From the NCBI RefSeq assembly GCF_006345805.1, contig NC_043005.1, forward strand, positions 48,980,001-49,044,000: a stretch of DNA of 64,000 nucleotides. Reading direction: 5' to 3'. The position numbers and the translations under genes were made by a program. Every line of letters starts with the position of its first letter. Position 1 is the stretch's first letter. This document shows positions 38,416 to 51,307 of this stretch, in pieces. This DNA is from Octopus sinensis. Its lineage: Eukaryota. The notes under the pieces were generated by a model. That model worked only from the letters and a program-made list of their open reading frames with translations. It was not told the DNA's origin and searched no databases.

Positions 38416-38690
38416 ACACTTTCAGCGTCATACCTATTATTACTGGAGCAACAGGGTACATACCAACCCGTTTGGAGTAAAGTGTAGCTAAACTTGGGTT
38501 CTTGAGGAGAGAAGACAAATCTTTATTTCATACGCTACAAATGATCACGATATGTGAGACTATAAAAATCTGCAAGACCTTCTTAAGATTTAAAGGACGA
38601 TGAACAAAACAACATGTTTTCTTTCATAATCTTACTACAAACTAGGTGGCCAGTCAAAATTTATTCTGAATTAAAAAGATAAAGAGAACA
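38416..38690 (+). mobile_element. LINE family T 3' remnant flanked by (TACA)n on both sides
   Basis: YTFSVIPIITGATGYIP...LQMITICETIKICKTFLRFK. Confidence 0.8.
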
Positions 38691-38831
38691 TATATACATA
38701 CATACATACATACATACATATACTCATGCATACATGTATGTGTGTGTGTGTGGCGTGTATATATATTTATATATATATATATACACATGTATGTGTGTGT
38801 GTGTTGTGTATATATATATATATATATATAT

Positions 38832-38933
38832 AGGTTAAGGCCGCATATATATAAATCTCACAAGCCGTCCCGCCACCTTCGTGCGCAAAATGATAATTAC
38901 ATACGTATACGTGCGTCTGTATGTGTGTATCTA

Positions 38934-38979
<46 letters not shown>

Positions 38980-38997
38980 GTGTGTGTGGTGTATATT

Positions 38998-39029
<32 letters not shown>

Positions 39030-39138
39030 ATATATACATACACACATACAGACGCACGTATACGTATGTAATTTATCATTTTGCGCACGAAGGTGACGGG
39101 ACGGCTTGTGAGATTTATATATATGCGGCCTTAAACCT
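38832..39138. repeat. Near-perfect inverted repeat (~105-bp arms) around a TA-rich core
   Basis: aggttaaggccgcatatatataaatctcacaagccg... is mirrored at 39030-39138 with ~3 differences. Confidence 0.95.
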
Positions 39139-40183
39139 TCCGTTCGCCTGCAGTTATGCATACTAGCAAAAATGTCTGTAAAAGAACAACAGAGGTACAA
39201 AGACAAAAATAATAAAAGCAAGATAACCGGATAGAAACGGGTGATATTACGTAAAACCTGACAAAAATAGTGAAAGAAGTTTGTTTTACCTATATAGAAT
39301 ACACTCGAGTTCTGAAGTATATGTTCATGCAGGTGTTGTGTGTCAAGCTTAACTCCAGGGTAATTGTTCTTACTCAGCGAATTCATTTCCATCATTAAAG
39401 AATACCTAGCGGTCTAGAAACAGCTTGGCTGTCTCTAGAAACAATATGTTTTTAATCGAAAACAATTCATGTTTCTCGGAGAAACGTCGGTTTTCTATTT
39501 AAGAGATGCCATCCTGTTAACTACGTTAACTACCGCCGTGGTGAAGTTCGAAACATTGTCTTTTCGAATCTTGTTTATTTTCATGTCGAACCTACTAATG
39601 GCGGTTTTAATGAAACCATACTCCACTTTTGATAAATGCTTGTCGTTAACATAGTTATAGTTACCATACTTGAGACATATCGGTGAAATAGTTGACGTCG
39701 TCTTCCGGGCTCGTACGTCGTGGATTCGTGGATATTGTTTTGTGTTCTTAATTAATTCCCGATCTGACTTCTCCACGCAGCATTTTCTATCGGATATTCC
39801 GAAACCCTGGATACCACTAATTTGTCAAGACATGTTATATTTTTAAGACTTCATCATTTATATATTTATTAATCTTTTTATATTATCATCATTATTGTTA
39901 TTACCTTAATCCTTTTGTATTCCAAGATGTTAGCTTGTATTAATATATATGTGAGTCAATACTGATGTTTGCTTTCCAGTATATGTGTATGTATGTTTGT
40001 ACATATTTATATATGTGTATATGAATGTATAGCGATGCGTATGTGTATTAATATACTTGTGCTGATAGACTTAAAGCTATTTAAGTGTAGGTGTACGTAC
40101 GATTAGGAGCAAGTTTTTATCTAGGTACGTATAATGTAAACATGTATGAGTTTTGTGAATTTCTCTCTCTCTTTCTCTCTCTT

Positions 40184-40229
<46 letters not shown>

Positions 40230-40526
40230 TGTGTGTATGTGCTATATTTCTTTTCTAATTATTTGGATTCTTTCAATGGAAAAGAGCAGGCCTCTTACAA
40301 ACAACTCTCCACTGGATGCAATTATAGATAAAAACAACGGTGAAGTGGTACATATAGAATATTTTAAAAGTCTTCCATATTTCAACCATATGCGGTCTTC
40401 TGGGTTTCTTTTTTTTTATTTCCGGGATTTTATTTCTAAAATGTAAATTAAATAGTGAACGAGCAAGTTTTCAAACCGTCGAACAAGGCTCTTTCATTGA
40501 AATTTAGACAACGTTAACGGGGATAG

Positions 40527-40592
<66 letters not shown>

Positions 40593-41197
40593 AACCTTTA
40601 CATAAATAAATAACGTGAAATACACGAAGGGACGAACAAAAAGACAAACGGGTCATTCAAAGCCTTCATTCTTCAGTCAGAAACTGATCCCTCATCGCAG
40701 ATTTCGGCTGTTTATATATATACAGCTGCGTTCATATGAATGTATGAGCATACACACAACTGGATATGTTATCTAGATGTATAGACATGTGTATGTGTAT
40801 ACATGTATGTATGCATGTATGTATGCACATATGTATGTATGCATGCATGTATGAATGTACACGTATTTGTTAGTGTACAATATCTTTGTTCGTCTGTATT
40901 TTTACAGTCTTCATCGTTTCAATTTCTTAATATTTTTCCATTTTCTTTTTTTTTTTTTTTTTAGATGCTTCAAAATCAAAAAATTAAACACACTGTTGGG
41001 ATATATATATTTATATATTTTCAGAAATGTATAAACAGTCCGGCGTGTATTTTAGTCTGTTAAATAGCAGTACAGCTGCATAGATACAGTCAAATTGTTT
41101 ACGATGTGGATTAAAGCCAAGGCGAGACAGGCTGAAAATGCACTGGCAAAATGTATCCGAATTACAGTAGCACTAATTAAATAATAATATCAATAAC

Positions 41198-41261
<64 letters not shown>

Positions 41262-41520
41262 TAATAATAATAATGTTTTTTTAAAAAAAAAGGGTGATGA
41301 GGAAAACCATGATGTAATGCTATTGCTTAACTGACAATGTCACTTCTTGCAGCATCTACTGATCTCCACTCTTCTTCTTCTTCCGCTCCTTCTACCAACC
41401 ACTACCATAACCATTATCATCATATCATCACCATGTACTTCTACAACATACATATACAATTATATATGTGTGCGTACATATAATATATGTATGTATCTTT
41501 TATATATATATATATAGTAT

Positions 41521-41562
<42 letters not shown>

Positions 41563-42340
41563 TATATATATACATATATACATATAATCTTTTGTGTTAT
41601 TCAAATATGAAAAGTGCTTCACCCTACAGGATTTTTGAAGTATGTGTGTATGTGTGTGTGCGTGTGTATGTGTGTGTGTGTGTGTGTGTGCGTGTGTGTG
41701 TGTGTCGTGAGCGTGTGTAAATTTATAAAACTATGGAAATTACAAATCACGACCCGTGGTTTCATGTGGACGATCGGGTGTACACATCATTGTGTTGGAA
41801 AGCCATAAAATTATGACCTATATAGAGGTGATCGTATGGGTCACGGTTGGAAAGGTTTTCACTGCTAAGTTAGTGCTGGTCTGGTCTGGTCTGGTCTGCG
41901 ATAAACAAAAATAGCAATATACGTGTGTGCATCTGTGTGCGTACATACATATATACATATATATATTTATGTACATGTATGTATGTAGGTACGTATGTAT
42001 GTAGGAATAACTTTATTAAAAATTCATTTGTTTTAAAGTGCATCCATTGAAGCGACAACAATTCCGAAATTTTATGTGGACAGACACAGCGTGCACACGC
42101 GCGGGGGCGTGATTACAGACAAGTTACGCACATACACAGACATAAACATCAATGCACATAAAAATAAATGTAAGCATAAAAGCTGGTTGACTAAGACAGT
42201 GTTATCGAAAGCGCATAGGTATAACTATAGAAAACATAAAACAAAATGACATAGATATGCACAAGCACACACACATATATACATGTGTGTGTGTGTGTGT
42301 GGTGCACATGTGTGTATACATTTGTGTATACATACATACA

Positions 42341-42373
<33 letters not shown>

Positions 42374-42392
42374 GCATGCATACATACGTACG

Positions 42393-43070
42393 TACTAGTT
42401 GACTGTAAGCTCCTCAAGAAGCACTCTCTTCCTGATGATCTCCTATACAGCCCCAAAACAGCTGGGCTCTCTTACCTCAGAGAAGATCTCAGCATACAAA
42501 AAAGAAAAAGACTATGCAAAGAGATGTTGCCCAGAAGCTTGAAGAAGACAGTAGAATTGACAGAGTAGAATGACCACTACATCACACTTTGAAGGTTATG
42601 CGTTTGCAATCCAGGAACAGGAGAGATTGCCTCAAAGTACCTTGTGAACAAGAGAGACAGTGACGATCTTGTAATCCCAAAGTGAAACGCACGTGTAAGC
42701 TATGTCATGTTTCTTTGGAAAACATTACCCATGTGATTAGCAGCTGTCCTAAAATATCGTCACGGTACTACCTCCCTATGCGGCACGATGTTGTTGCTAA
42801 ATCAATTTACAATGCCATCTGCAAGAAAGACTGTCCTGAAATAAACTTAGAAAATCCTTCTGTTATGGATTACATTCATTAACACCAACTCAAGGAATAC
42901 TGGTGGAATATTCCCATAAAAATTTCTGGCAAATGTAAACATAACAGGCTGGATATTGTTGTTTGGGACAGAGGGGCAAAGGTATGTACCATTATAGAGG
43001 GTGTACCATTATAGAGGTATGTACCATTATAGAGGTATGTACCATTATAGAGGGTGAGACAAGATATCTC
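42393..43070 (+). mobile_element. LINE family T remnant preceded by (TACA)n
   Basis: CKLCHVSLENITHVISSCPKISSRYYLPMRHDVVAK, YWWNIPIKISGKCKHNRLDIVVWD; four 17-18-bp tandem copies at 42981-43051. Confidence 0.85.
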
Positions 43071-43246
43071 CAATAGCGTAGCTGATAAGGGAGGGGAGAG
43101 GACCATCCACCTCGGGCAACGCTTTTATGGTGGAGAGAAGGGAACACTTTGGGGATCTACTATATAAATTGCAGAAGCTTGGAGACCAGTGGAGCGGAAA
43201 ACTTAAGGCCTGCTCCGAGCGAAACACACTCTAACTACGCCATATG
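43071..43246. mobile_element. Possible MITE
   Basis: caatagcgtagct / aactacgccatatg imperfect TIR. Confidence 0.4.
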
Positions 43247-43549
43247 CAAGTGAGCACCATGTTCGAAATTCTGACTCTTCCGGCATCCTATGCCGCTGGA
43301 TTGGTAGTTTTTTACCGTCTCCAAAAGAGATTGAAATGCAAAGTTGATCTCGAATGGATTTGATTTAAAAGCGGAAGAAGACGGGTCAGCTAACACTAGC
43401 TACCCTGGCCGACGCTCTAACGATTTCATCAATTCGACGACTAAACTATCATATTTTACAAGTATTAACATATTAATGTGAGTAGGGACTGCCCTACATT
43501 TGTAACAGGAAGCCTCATCTCTCATACTTAAGCATACGCCTATGTAATT

Positions 43550-43915
43550 ACTTACTCACATACATACACACATACATGCTTATATACATACACATGCATA
43601 CATACACTCACACATACACATACATACATACATACATACATACATACATACATACATACACATACGTACACGCACACATACATACATACATACATACGCA
43701 CGTACGTACACGCACACATACATACATACATACATACATACATACATACATACATACATACATACATACATGCATACATGCATACACACACATGCATACA
43801 TATATACATACATACACACACACATGCATGCATGCATGCATACATACATACATACATACATACATACATACATACGTACGTACGTGCATACGTGCATACG
43901 TGCATACAGAGCAAA
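43550..43915. repeat. Long (TACA)n-type compound microsatellite
   Basis: Directly visible. Confidence 0.95.
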
Positions 43916-43929
43916 CATATATGCATACG

Positions 43930-44185
43930 TGCCAGCGGCACGTAAAAAGCACCATCCGAACGCGATCGACGCCATGACCGCCTGACTGGCCCCCGTGCCG
44001 GTGGCACGTAAAAGGCACCCACTACACTCTCGGAGTGGTTGGAGTTAGGAAGGGTATCCAGCTGTAGAAACATTGCCAGATCAGATTGGAGCCTGGTGCA
44101 GAAACTGGCGCTCCAGACCTCGGTCAAATCGTCCAACCCATGCCTGCATGAAAAGCGGACGTTAAACGATGATGACGAAGAAGAT
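43930..44185 (+). mobile_element. SINE family F, 3' part
   Basis: ggcacgtaaaa.gcacc...gagtggttggagttaggaaggg...aagcggacgttaaacgatgatga. Confidence 0.7.
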
Positions 44186-44616
44186 GATGACACATACATA
44201 CATATATACAAATATACACATATATACATACATGCACACACACATACATACACACATATACATACACACATATACATACACACATACGTACATACATACA
44301 TACACGCATACATACATACATACATACATACATACATACATACATACATACATACATAGTTACATACACACAGATACGTACGTACATACATACATACATA
44401 CATACATACATACATACATACATGCATATATACATACAGACATACATACATGCATACATACATGCATGCATGCATACATACACTTAGGTACAATCTATAT
44501 CAATGCATACACATAAAAGCACAAACACACCTACACACACATAAATACACACACACATATATATGTGTGTGTGTGTGCGCGCGCGCGTGTATGCATGTAT
44601 GTATGTTTACAAATAC

Positions 44617-44621
<5 letters not shown>

Positions 44622-44670
<49 letters not shown>

Positions 44671-44732
44671 GTAGACAGACAGACAGACAGGTAGGTAGGT
44701 AGGTAGGTAGGTAGGCAAGCAAGCAGGCAGGC

Positions 44733-44830
<98 letters not shown>

Positions 44831-44835
44831 CAGAC
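44622..44835. repeat. Compound tetranucleotide microsatellite GATA-GACA-GGTA-GGCA-GACA-GATA
   Basis: Directly visible. Confidence 0.95.
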
Positions 44836-45046
44836 AGACAGATAATCTGTATATGATTGTGTTTATTGTTTATAATCATTAAAACTGCAGTGTTAAGTCG
44901 CCATAAACTTTCAGATTGTCTGAAGATGTTCGGTTTATTTATAGTTCGAAGGTCACGTGAGATTGATAAAGTCCATCGATCTGCAAGCTAATAATGTGTG
45001 CGTGTGTGTGCTTGTGTTCGTGCGTGTGTGTATGCTTTTGTGTGCG

Positions 45047-45080
<34 letters not shown>

Positions 45081-45284
45081 ACACACATATTTACGTACAT
45101 AATGTTTTCTAAAGGAAATTTTTTTCTGAAACTGTTATTACCCTTCTGTCCCGGGAAATTTTAAATATTTTTCTGAATTGAAATATATATATATTCCCGC
45201 GCGCACACACGCACACACACGTTCATATATATATATATTATATATATACTATAATATATATATATATATATATATGTGTGGTGT

Positions 45285-45326
<42 letters not shown>

Positions 45327-45498
45327 TATGTAAATATATGTGCACGTGGTGTGTAATATATATACTATGTTATGTATTTATATGTGTGTGTGTGTGTGTG
45401 TGTACACATACATATCTTCGTGTGCATGTGTGTTTATACGTACATATATAATATATATATATATTATATATATATATATATAATATATATATATATAT

Positions 45499-45536
<38 letters not shown>

Positions 45537-45539
45537 GCA

Positions 45540-45870
45540 TTCTGACCAAGCGCCATCAGAACATAATACAAGGTAGTCAGCTTATCCAAACTTATATAGA
45601 CGAATGAAATTCATACTTTCCCTCCAAGTTTACCATGGGCGTCACAAGATAGTATCGCAAAAAGAGATCCACAGTTTTTTTTTGTTTATTTTTTGGTTAC
45701 CATAGCAGTTTTTTTTTTTCTTTTTGATAAAAAAAATGCGGATCTCTCTCTGTGGTACTATCTTGTGACGCACATGGTAAACTTGGAGAGAAAGTATGAA
45801 TTTCACTCGTCTATATAAGTTTGGATATGCTGACTACCTTGTGCTATGTTCTGATGGCGCTTGGTCGGAA
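45540..45870. repeat. Imperfect inverted repeat (~133-bp arms)
   Basis: ttctgaccaagcgccatcagaac...gagatcc is mirrored by ggatctc...gttctgatggcgcttggtcggaa. Confidence 0.95.
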
Positions 45871-45962
45871 ATGGAAAGGGTAAGTTTTCTAGCATTTTCA
45901 AATTTATAATTCTCGAAATATTACGTTGACAAAGGAAATGAATTTTTATAATTCTAATCCAG

Positions 45963-46025
45963 AAACGCGTCCATAATTAATCGAATACTGTTTGATTTCA
46001 TTATTTTCCTTCGTTTTCGACCTAT
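45963..46025 (+). other. Candidate exon (63 nt)
   Basis: Acceptor tttttataattctaatccag, donor gtgagt; one frame open. Confidence 0.25.
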
Positions 46026-46585
46026 GTGAGTTACAGATATTGTTATCAGTGCAGTCATATTTTGAAGTGGAAAGAAATAACGGTCTTTTGGGTGCTATAA
46101 GCAACAAGTTGCTAAACCCTTCATTATTGTTATATATATATATATATATTATAGATATATATATATATATATAATATATATATATATATAATATAATATT
46201 ATATATATGTGTATGTATGTATGTATGTATGTATGTATGTATGTATGTATGTATGTATGTATGTATGTATGTATGTATTATACATACACATACACACACA
46301 TATATATTTATATATATAATATATACCAATATTGACATGTTGAGTCAGTTGCTGATTACCTGATCAATTATGATGTGATTCCTTTTGGGATCTAATTCTC
46401 ACCCTGAGGAAGTATTTAATTCGCTATTTTCAAGATGCAATTTCTAATTTAATTTGTAGTTGAATGGATTAAGTATGGAAACAATTGTAGGTGACAGTGA
46501 ATTTTGACAATATGTTAATAAATTGAAGTTTATCCATTAAAACTCTCCATTTTTCCTACAATGTGTATGTATGTATGTGTGTAAT

Positions 46586-46627
<42 letters not shown>

Positions 46628-46843
46628 TATATATATTATATATTATATAATGTATATATATATATATAGTATATATATATATGTATATATATTATTATGT
46701 ATATATATATGTATATATATATATATTATATATGTATATATATATATGTATATATGTATATATATATATATATATGTATATATATGTATATATGTATATA
46801 TATATATATATATATGTATATATTAATATAGGTATATATATAT

Positions 46844-47185
46844 ATACAAAATAAGAAAATGGAGGAATAGATTCTTTCAATCATCAACTTCCAGATAATA
46901 CCAATTCATATAATTTATTAACTAATTATTGAGATTAAATAGGAACATCCAAATCCAACAGAATAAGACAGAATAAGACAATATTCATCAATAAGTAGGA
47001 TAATACCATAAGAATAATACATATAAAATGGACTTATTGATGTATATTGTCTTATTCTGTCTTATTCTGTTGGATTTAGATGTTCCTATTTAATCTAAAT
47101 AATTAGTTAATAAATTATATGAATTGGTATTATCTGGAAGTTGATGATTGAAAGAAATCTATTCCTCCATTTTCTTATTTTGTAT
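46844..47185. repeat. Inverted repeat (~153-bp arms, 35-nt loop); right arm continues into family H
   Basis: atacaaaataagaaaatggagg...catcaataagt is mirrored at 47032-47185. Confidence 0.95.
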
Positions 47186-47741
47186 TATGAATTTGAGGTA
47201 AAATATTTTACCTTCACCCATATAATACAATGAATGAATTAATTGCATTGCAATTCTTAGCATTTATGTATTAGCCTTCTGGGTACTTTACTGACAGTAT
47301 ATTGGATAAATGATATCCCATAGTGGGTTACACTCATAACCCCTATCTCACTTTGTACTTTTATATATATATATATATATAAATTATACATATGTATATA
47401 TGCATATATACATACACATACATACATATATATGTATATACACATGCATATATGGATACAGGTCGTCAAAAAACGTAAACAACATGAAAAACGAGAACAT
47501 GAAATACGAAAACATGGAAAAGGAACTCTTTTTGCGAACAATGAAAGAAACAAATAGAAAAACGAAGCAGGCAACATAAAGAATAATCCCTTCATAAGTT
47601 GCCCACTGTTTTATCTACTCCGAATGTCAAGCATTAGGACAAGATGTGCCTTCCTCAAAACAGTTGCTTCCGCAAAGCAAATTAAATAAAATTTGGGATT
47701 TGCAGAGCGTCAAAGCTGTTAACAATAACAGGGCAGTGAAA

Positions 47742-48089
47742 ACAAACGGTAAGGGGTGTTACGCTGTAGCGAGGTGAAGTGGTGAACGCTGGAGAAACAA
47801 GCTTTGACAGGAGACAGACAAAATTGCTTGCTATCCTTGTATCTGAACGAAAAGAAAGAAAGAAATTCGAGTTAGGAAAAGAAAGATGACCGCTGGTCAC
47901 GTGTGAGCAACGAGAGAGTCAAGGAGGAAGAGTGAAGGAGAGAGAGGGACAGATATATATATAAAGGAGAAATTATTATATGCACAACGTTATGCATGCT
48001 CCCTACAAACGGTAAGGGGTGTTACGCTGTAGCGAGGTGAAGTGGTGAACGCTGGAGAAACAAGCTTTGACAGGAGACAGACAAAATTG
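47742..48089. repeat. Exact 85-bp direct duplication
   Basis: 47742-47826 equals 48005-48089. Confidence 0.9.
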
Positions 48090-48399
48090 TGGTTGTTTGG
48101 AACTTCTACTTTGGACGGTAAGCCACAAAGGGTACATTTATCGGGGTGCATTTTATTACATACCTTCTGTTACAAAGATCAAATGTTTCAAGCTAGACAG
48201 ATGACTTGACCATACATATATTCAAGCCTACATACTTATGAATATATATTTATGCATATTGATGCATATATACACATACTTACATTCATAAGTACATTCA
48301 CACAAACGTACATACATATGTGAACAACTGCTTCGAAACCTCTAGTATCTATATCCAGTTTACAAATTTACATTTATTTATAGTTACTAATAATAAATA

Positions 48400-48660
48400 A
48401 TGTACTTGGTTATCTGAGTAAATGCCTAACTGACAGTTTGGATAAACTAGAGCTTTCAGAAAAAATAATCAGCCATCTAACTCGTACATTACGAATACAG
48501 CATGTGAATAGAACAGTAGAAATATGCGACACTTTTCTCAAATTTGGAATGTGGCATTGCTTTCGTTATCTACGTTCCAACGATGGAGCTTTGTACTTTT
48601 GTTAGAAACCAGTTCTTTCCTCAAAGGAAGAGTTTAGATAATTAAAAACAGAAGGGAACA
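48400..48660 (+). mobile_element. LINE family T 3' end followed by (TACA)n
   Basis: LGYLSKCLTDSLDKLELSEK...ICDTFLKF; same 3' UTR as the 35735 copy. Confidence 0.8.
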
Positions 48661-49032
48661 TACATGCATACATACATACATTCATACATGTATACATGCA
48701 TGCATGCATACATACATACATACATACATACATACATACATACATACATACATACATACATACATACATACATACATACATACATACATACATACATACA
48801 TACATACAGAGGAAATAGTACTCTTCACTCTAAGACTATTCTAAGGATTAAATTTGTAAATTTTTACAGGCTATATTGTTTTGATAAATAATTGTATCAA
48901 TTCTTTGATAAAATAACTGTCATTAGAAAAAGATGCTATAATTTATGAGTATTTGTGTGTGTGTTTGTGTGTGTGTTTGTATGTGTGTTGGTGTGTGTGT
49001 GTGTTGTGTGTTGTGTGTGTGTGTTGTTGTGT

Positions 49033-49076
<44 letters not shown>

Positions 49077-49199
49077 TGTGTGTGTGTGTGCTTAGTAACT
49101 GGATGACAGAACTCAACACCAAAAAAACTTACATTTGCTCTTTGTATTATACAATTATTAAGAATTACCAATGCTTTGTTTCTTAAGTTTCGCCCTCAG

Positions 49200-49279
49200 T
49201 CCATGATTTGAATTCTCAGAGAAGACAAACCAGTATGGCTTTGACAATCTTCAGACAAATTCAAAATGGCTGCTGTCAT
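49200..49279 (+). CDS. Candidate exon (80 nt); either HDLNSQRRQTSMALTIFRQIQNGCCH or start exon MAAV
   Basis: Acceptor ctttgtttcttaagtttcgccctcag, donor gtaagt, AAAATGGCT start context at 49266. Confidence 0.35.
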
Positions 49280-50459
49280 GTAAGTTCGTGGTTTTTTGGT
49301 GAAGTGCTACAACTCTTTTTATAGCTTTCAAATTATGCCCCTTAGATAGACAACATATTTATGCAATAGAATATGGTTTGAAACATGGACGCCTCTTATG
49401 TAATCCGTTATCGGTTGTACTGTATCGAAGAAATGCATTTCCAGGGTGTACTAGGTTTGTGGCAAATGCTTATATGAGTAAGTAATCTTAATTCATGGTG
49501 ATCAACTGACAAAAGTTTGAAGTATTAGATTTTCTTTTTTTTATGTGCGGTATTCTTTATACAACACACATGCGCACGCACACACACACACACACACACA
49601 CACATGAAGTGTGAGAATCCGTATTTGTGTAAATGGAGAATGAAGTGATTGCCAGGTTAAAATCTAACCTAGTGTGAGCAGTATTTTCCACTGACCGAAC
49701 AAGTGTTTGTCAAAGTGTGGGCACCTATTTAAAAAAAAACCGATCCTGTATTTATGTAGTTAATTTTATTGTTATTATTTATTTCCCCAATACGTGTGCT
49801 TTCTCTACTGTGCAAAGCTAACATTTTTAACTTCGTCCACTTGATGCTAGTAACTTTTGTTTTAATATGTGATGCAATATCTGCATTGTTGAAAACTGAT
49901 TATTTTAGAACAAGATTATTCCTTCGAAAGAGGGAGCTAAATATGTTGGTACTAGTACGCATTCTGATAAATTCTTAGTAAAAAAATCCACTTTACATAC
50001 TGTTTGATTTTTGTCTTTTTTTTTTCTTTTCTTATATGAGAATAAAATGCAACAGAAATAAGTTGTATTTAAAAATAATTTTGATCTAAACATTTTCTTA
50101 CATCAGTTTCCTTTCATATTTATATATTGATATACGTACGCTGCGTCTATTAATTATTTTCGCGAGTTTCCTTTATTTTTTTAGTGTAGTAGTGTTTATA
50201 ATGATACTACAATAGATATTTACATCTAAAAATATATTGTTGTATTTCGGGATGGTCATTTTTGTTTTTGCCAAACGAATTTTAAAATATATATTTTCAT
50301 TATAAACTTTCCAACCGTGAGAATAAGCTTGCTCACTAAAGATCTTACGCTTACATTTATAGGTATCACGCTCATTTTTCAATTATCATTTGAAGATTGA
50401 CAACAAAAAGTTTGAAGTAACGTTTTAGGAAGTTTGAGGTTGCAGTAAATTATACACGA

Positions 50460-50976
50460 CTAGCAGTATCGCCCGGCGTTGCTCGGGTTTGTAAGGGAAA
50501 TAACTATATAAGCATTTTTAGAGAGTTACTTCCTTTATAGATGCCAATTCGGGCTTTCTTAGCCATTTCTGTTTTGGTGTCTTCAAGCCATGAAGTCGTT
50601 GTTCTAAAAGAACGCTGGTCTCCTTGACAACGCATTACGACGTTGATTTCCTTAAACTCCCTTCCCCACAGCTTCACGAGGGAGAGAAGAAGGGGGAGAA
50701 GCAAACACAGGTGCAGGTGTTTGAGCGTGGACGCCAACTCTGCCGCCATCGACACACGAAAAATTATGCATTAAAATGGAATAAAAAATGATGTTAAATT
50801 ATTTTTAAAATCGTAGACTCATCGTAGACGCGCGCTAATAGCCAGACGGGCTTGATATTAATCACGACTATAAGATACCCGAATTTGGTTAAACTGCACC
50901 GCTAAATGTGGGAGGAGTTAGGAATCTAAATCGTAGGAGACAGACACTCACACAACTACAGTTTTATATATATAGA
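50460..50976 (-). mobile_element. Non-autonomous Helitron
   Basis: 5' A|TC, 3' hairpin cccgagcaacgccggg then CTAG|T; ~90% similar to 61394-61897 by eye. Confidence 0.85.
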
Positions 50977-51153
50977 TATAGTGTAACGTGTACTTTTTCT
51001 CTAGCTCGTTTACTTACGCACTTATACGCCCAACACGAACTCGTCATAAAGATAACGATCAGGTTCACGCCTCCTTTCTTCTATAATGCTAAATCCGTCA
51101 TTGATACGGTAAATTCTTAAGTAAGCTCATAAACATTTTCCTCCCACACACAG

Positions 51154-51307
51154 GTATAGAAAGCTTTTCAATAGGCACGCACTGAAGATCTCCAGTTGCA
51201 CACGCAACATGAAGAGTAACCTTTCGCATCTTGCAACCTCTGTCACGGAAGCTACTTGTTCTTGTAGAGACACTACGTGCATGATCCGTTGTCACTGCAA
51301 GATAGAG
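51154..51307 (+). CDS. Candidate exon, basic then Cys-rich peptide
   Basis: Acceptor attttcctcccacacacag; YRKLFNRHALKISSCTRNMKSNLSHLATSVTEATCSCRDTTCMIRCHCKIE; weak donor gtcatt. Confidence 0.25.

Noticed and set aside
42981-43051. Four 17-18-bp direct repeats, CRISPR-like at a glance
   Set aside because: No spacers; a tandem slippage duplication inside a LINE in eukaryotic DNA.
47600-47668. Minus-strand ttgagga...gaca...gta hammerhead-like arrangement
   Set aside because: Two core mismatches and stem I out of register; at best a decayed remnant.
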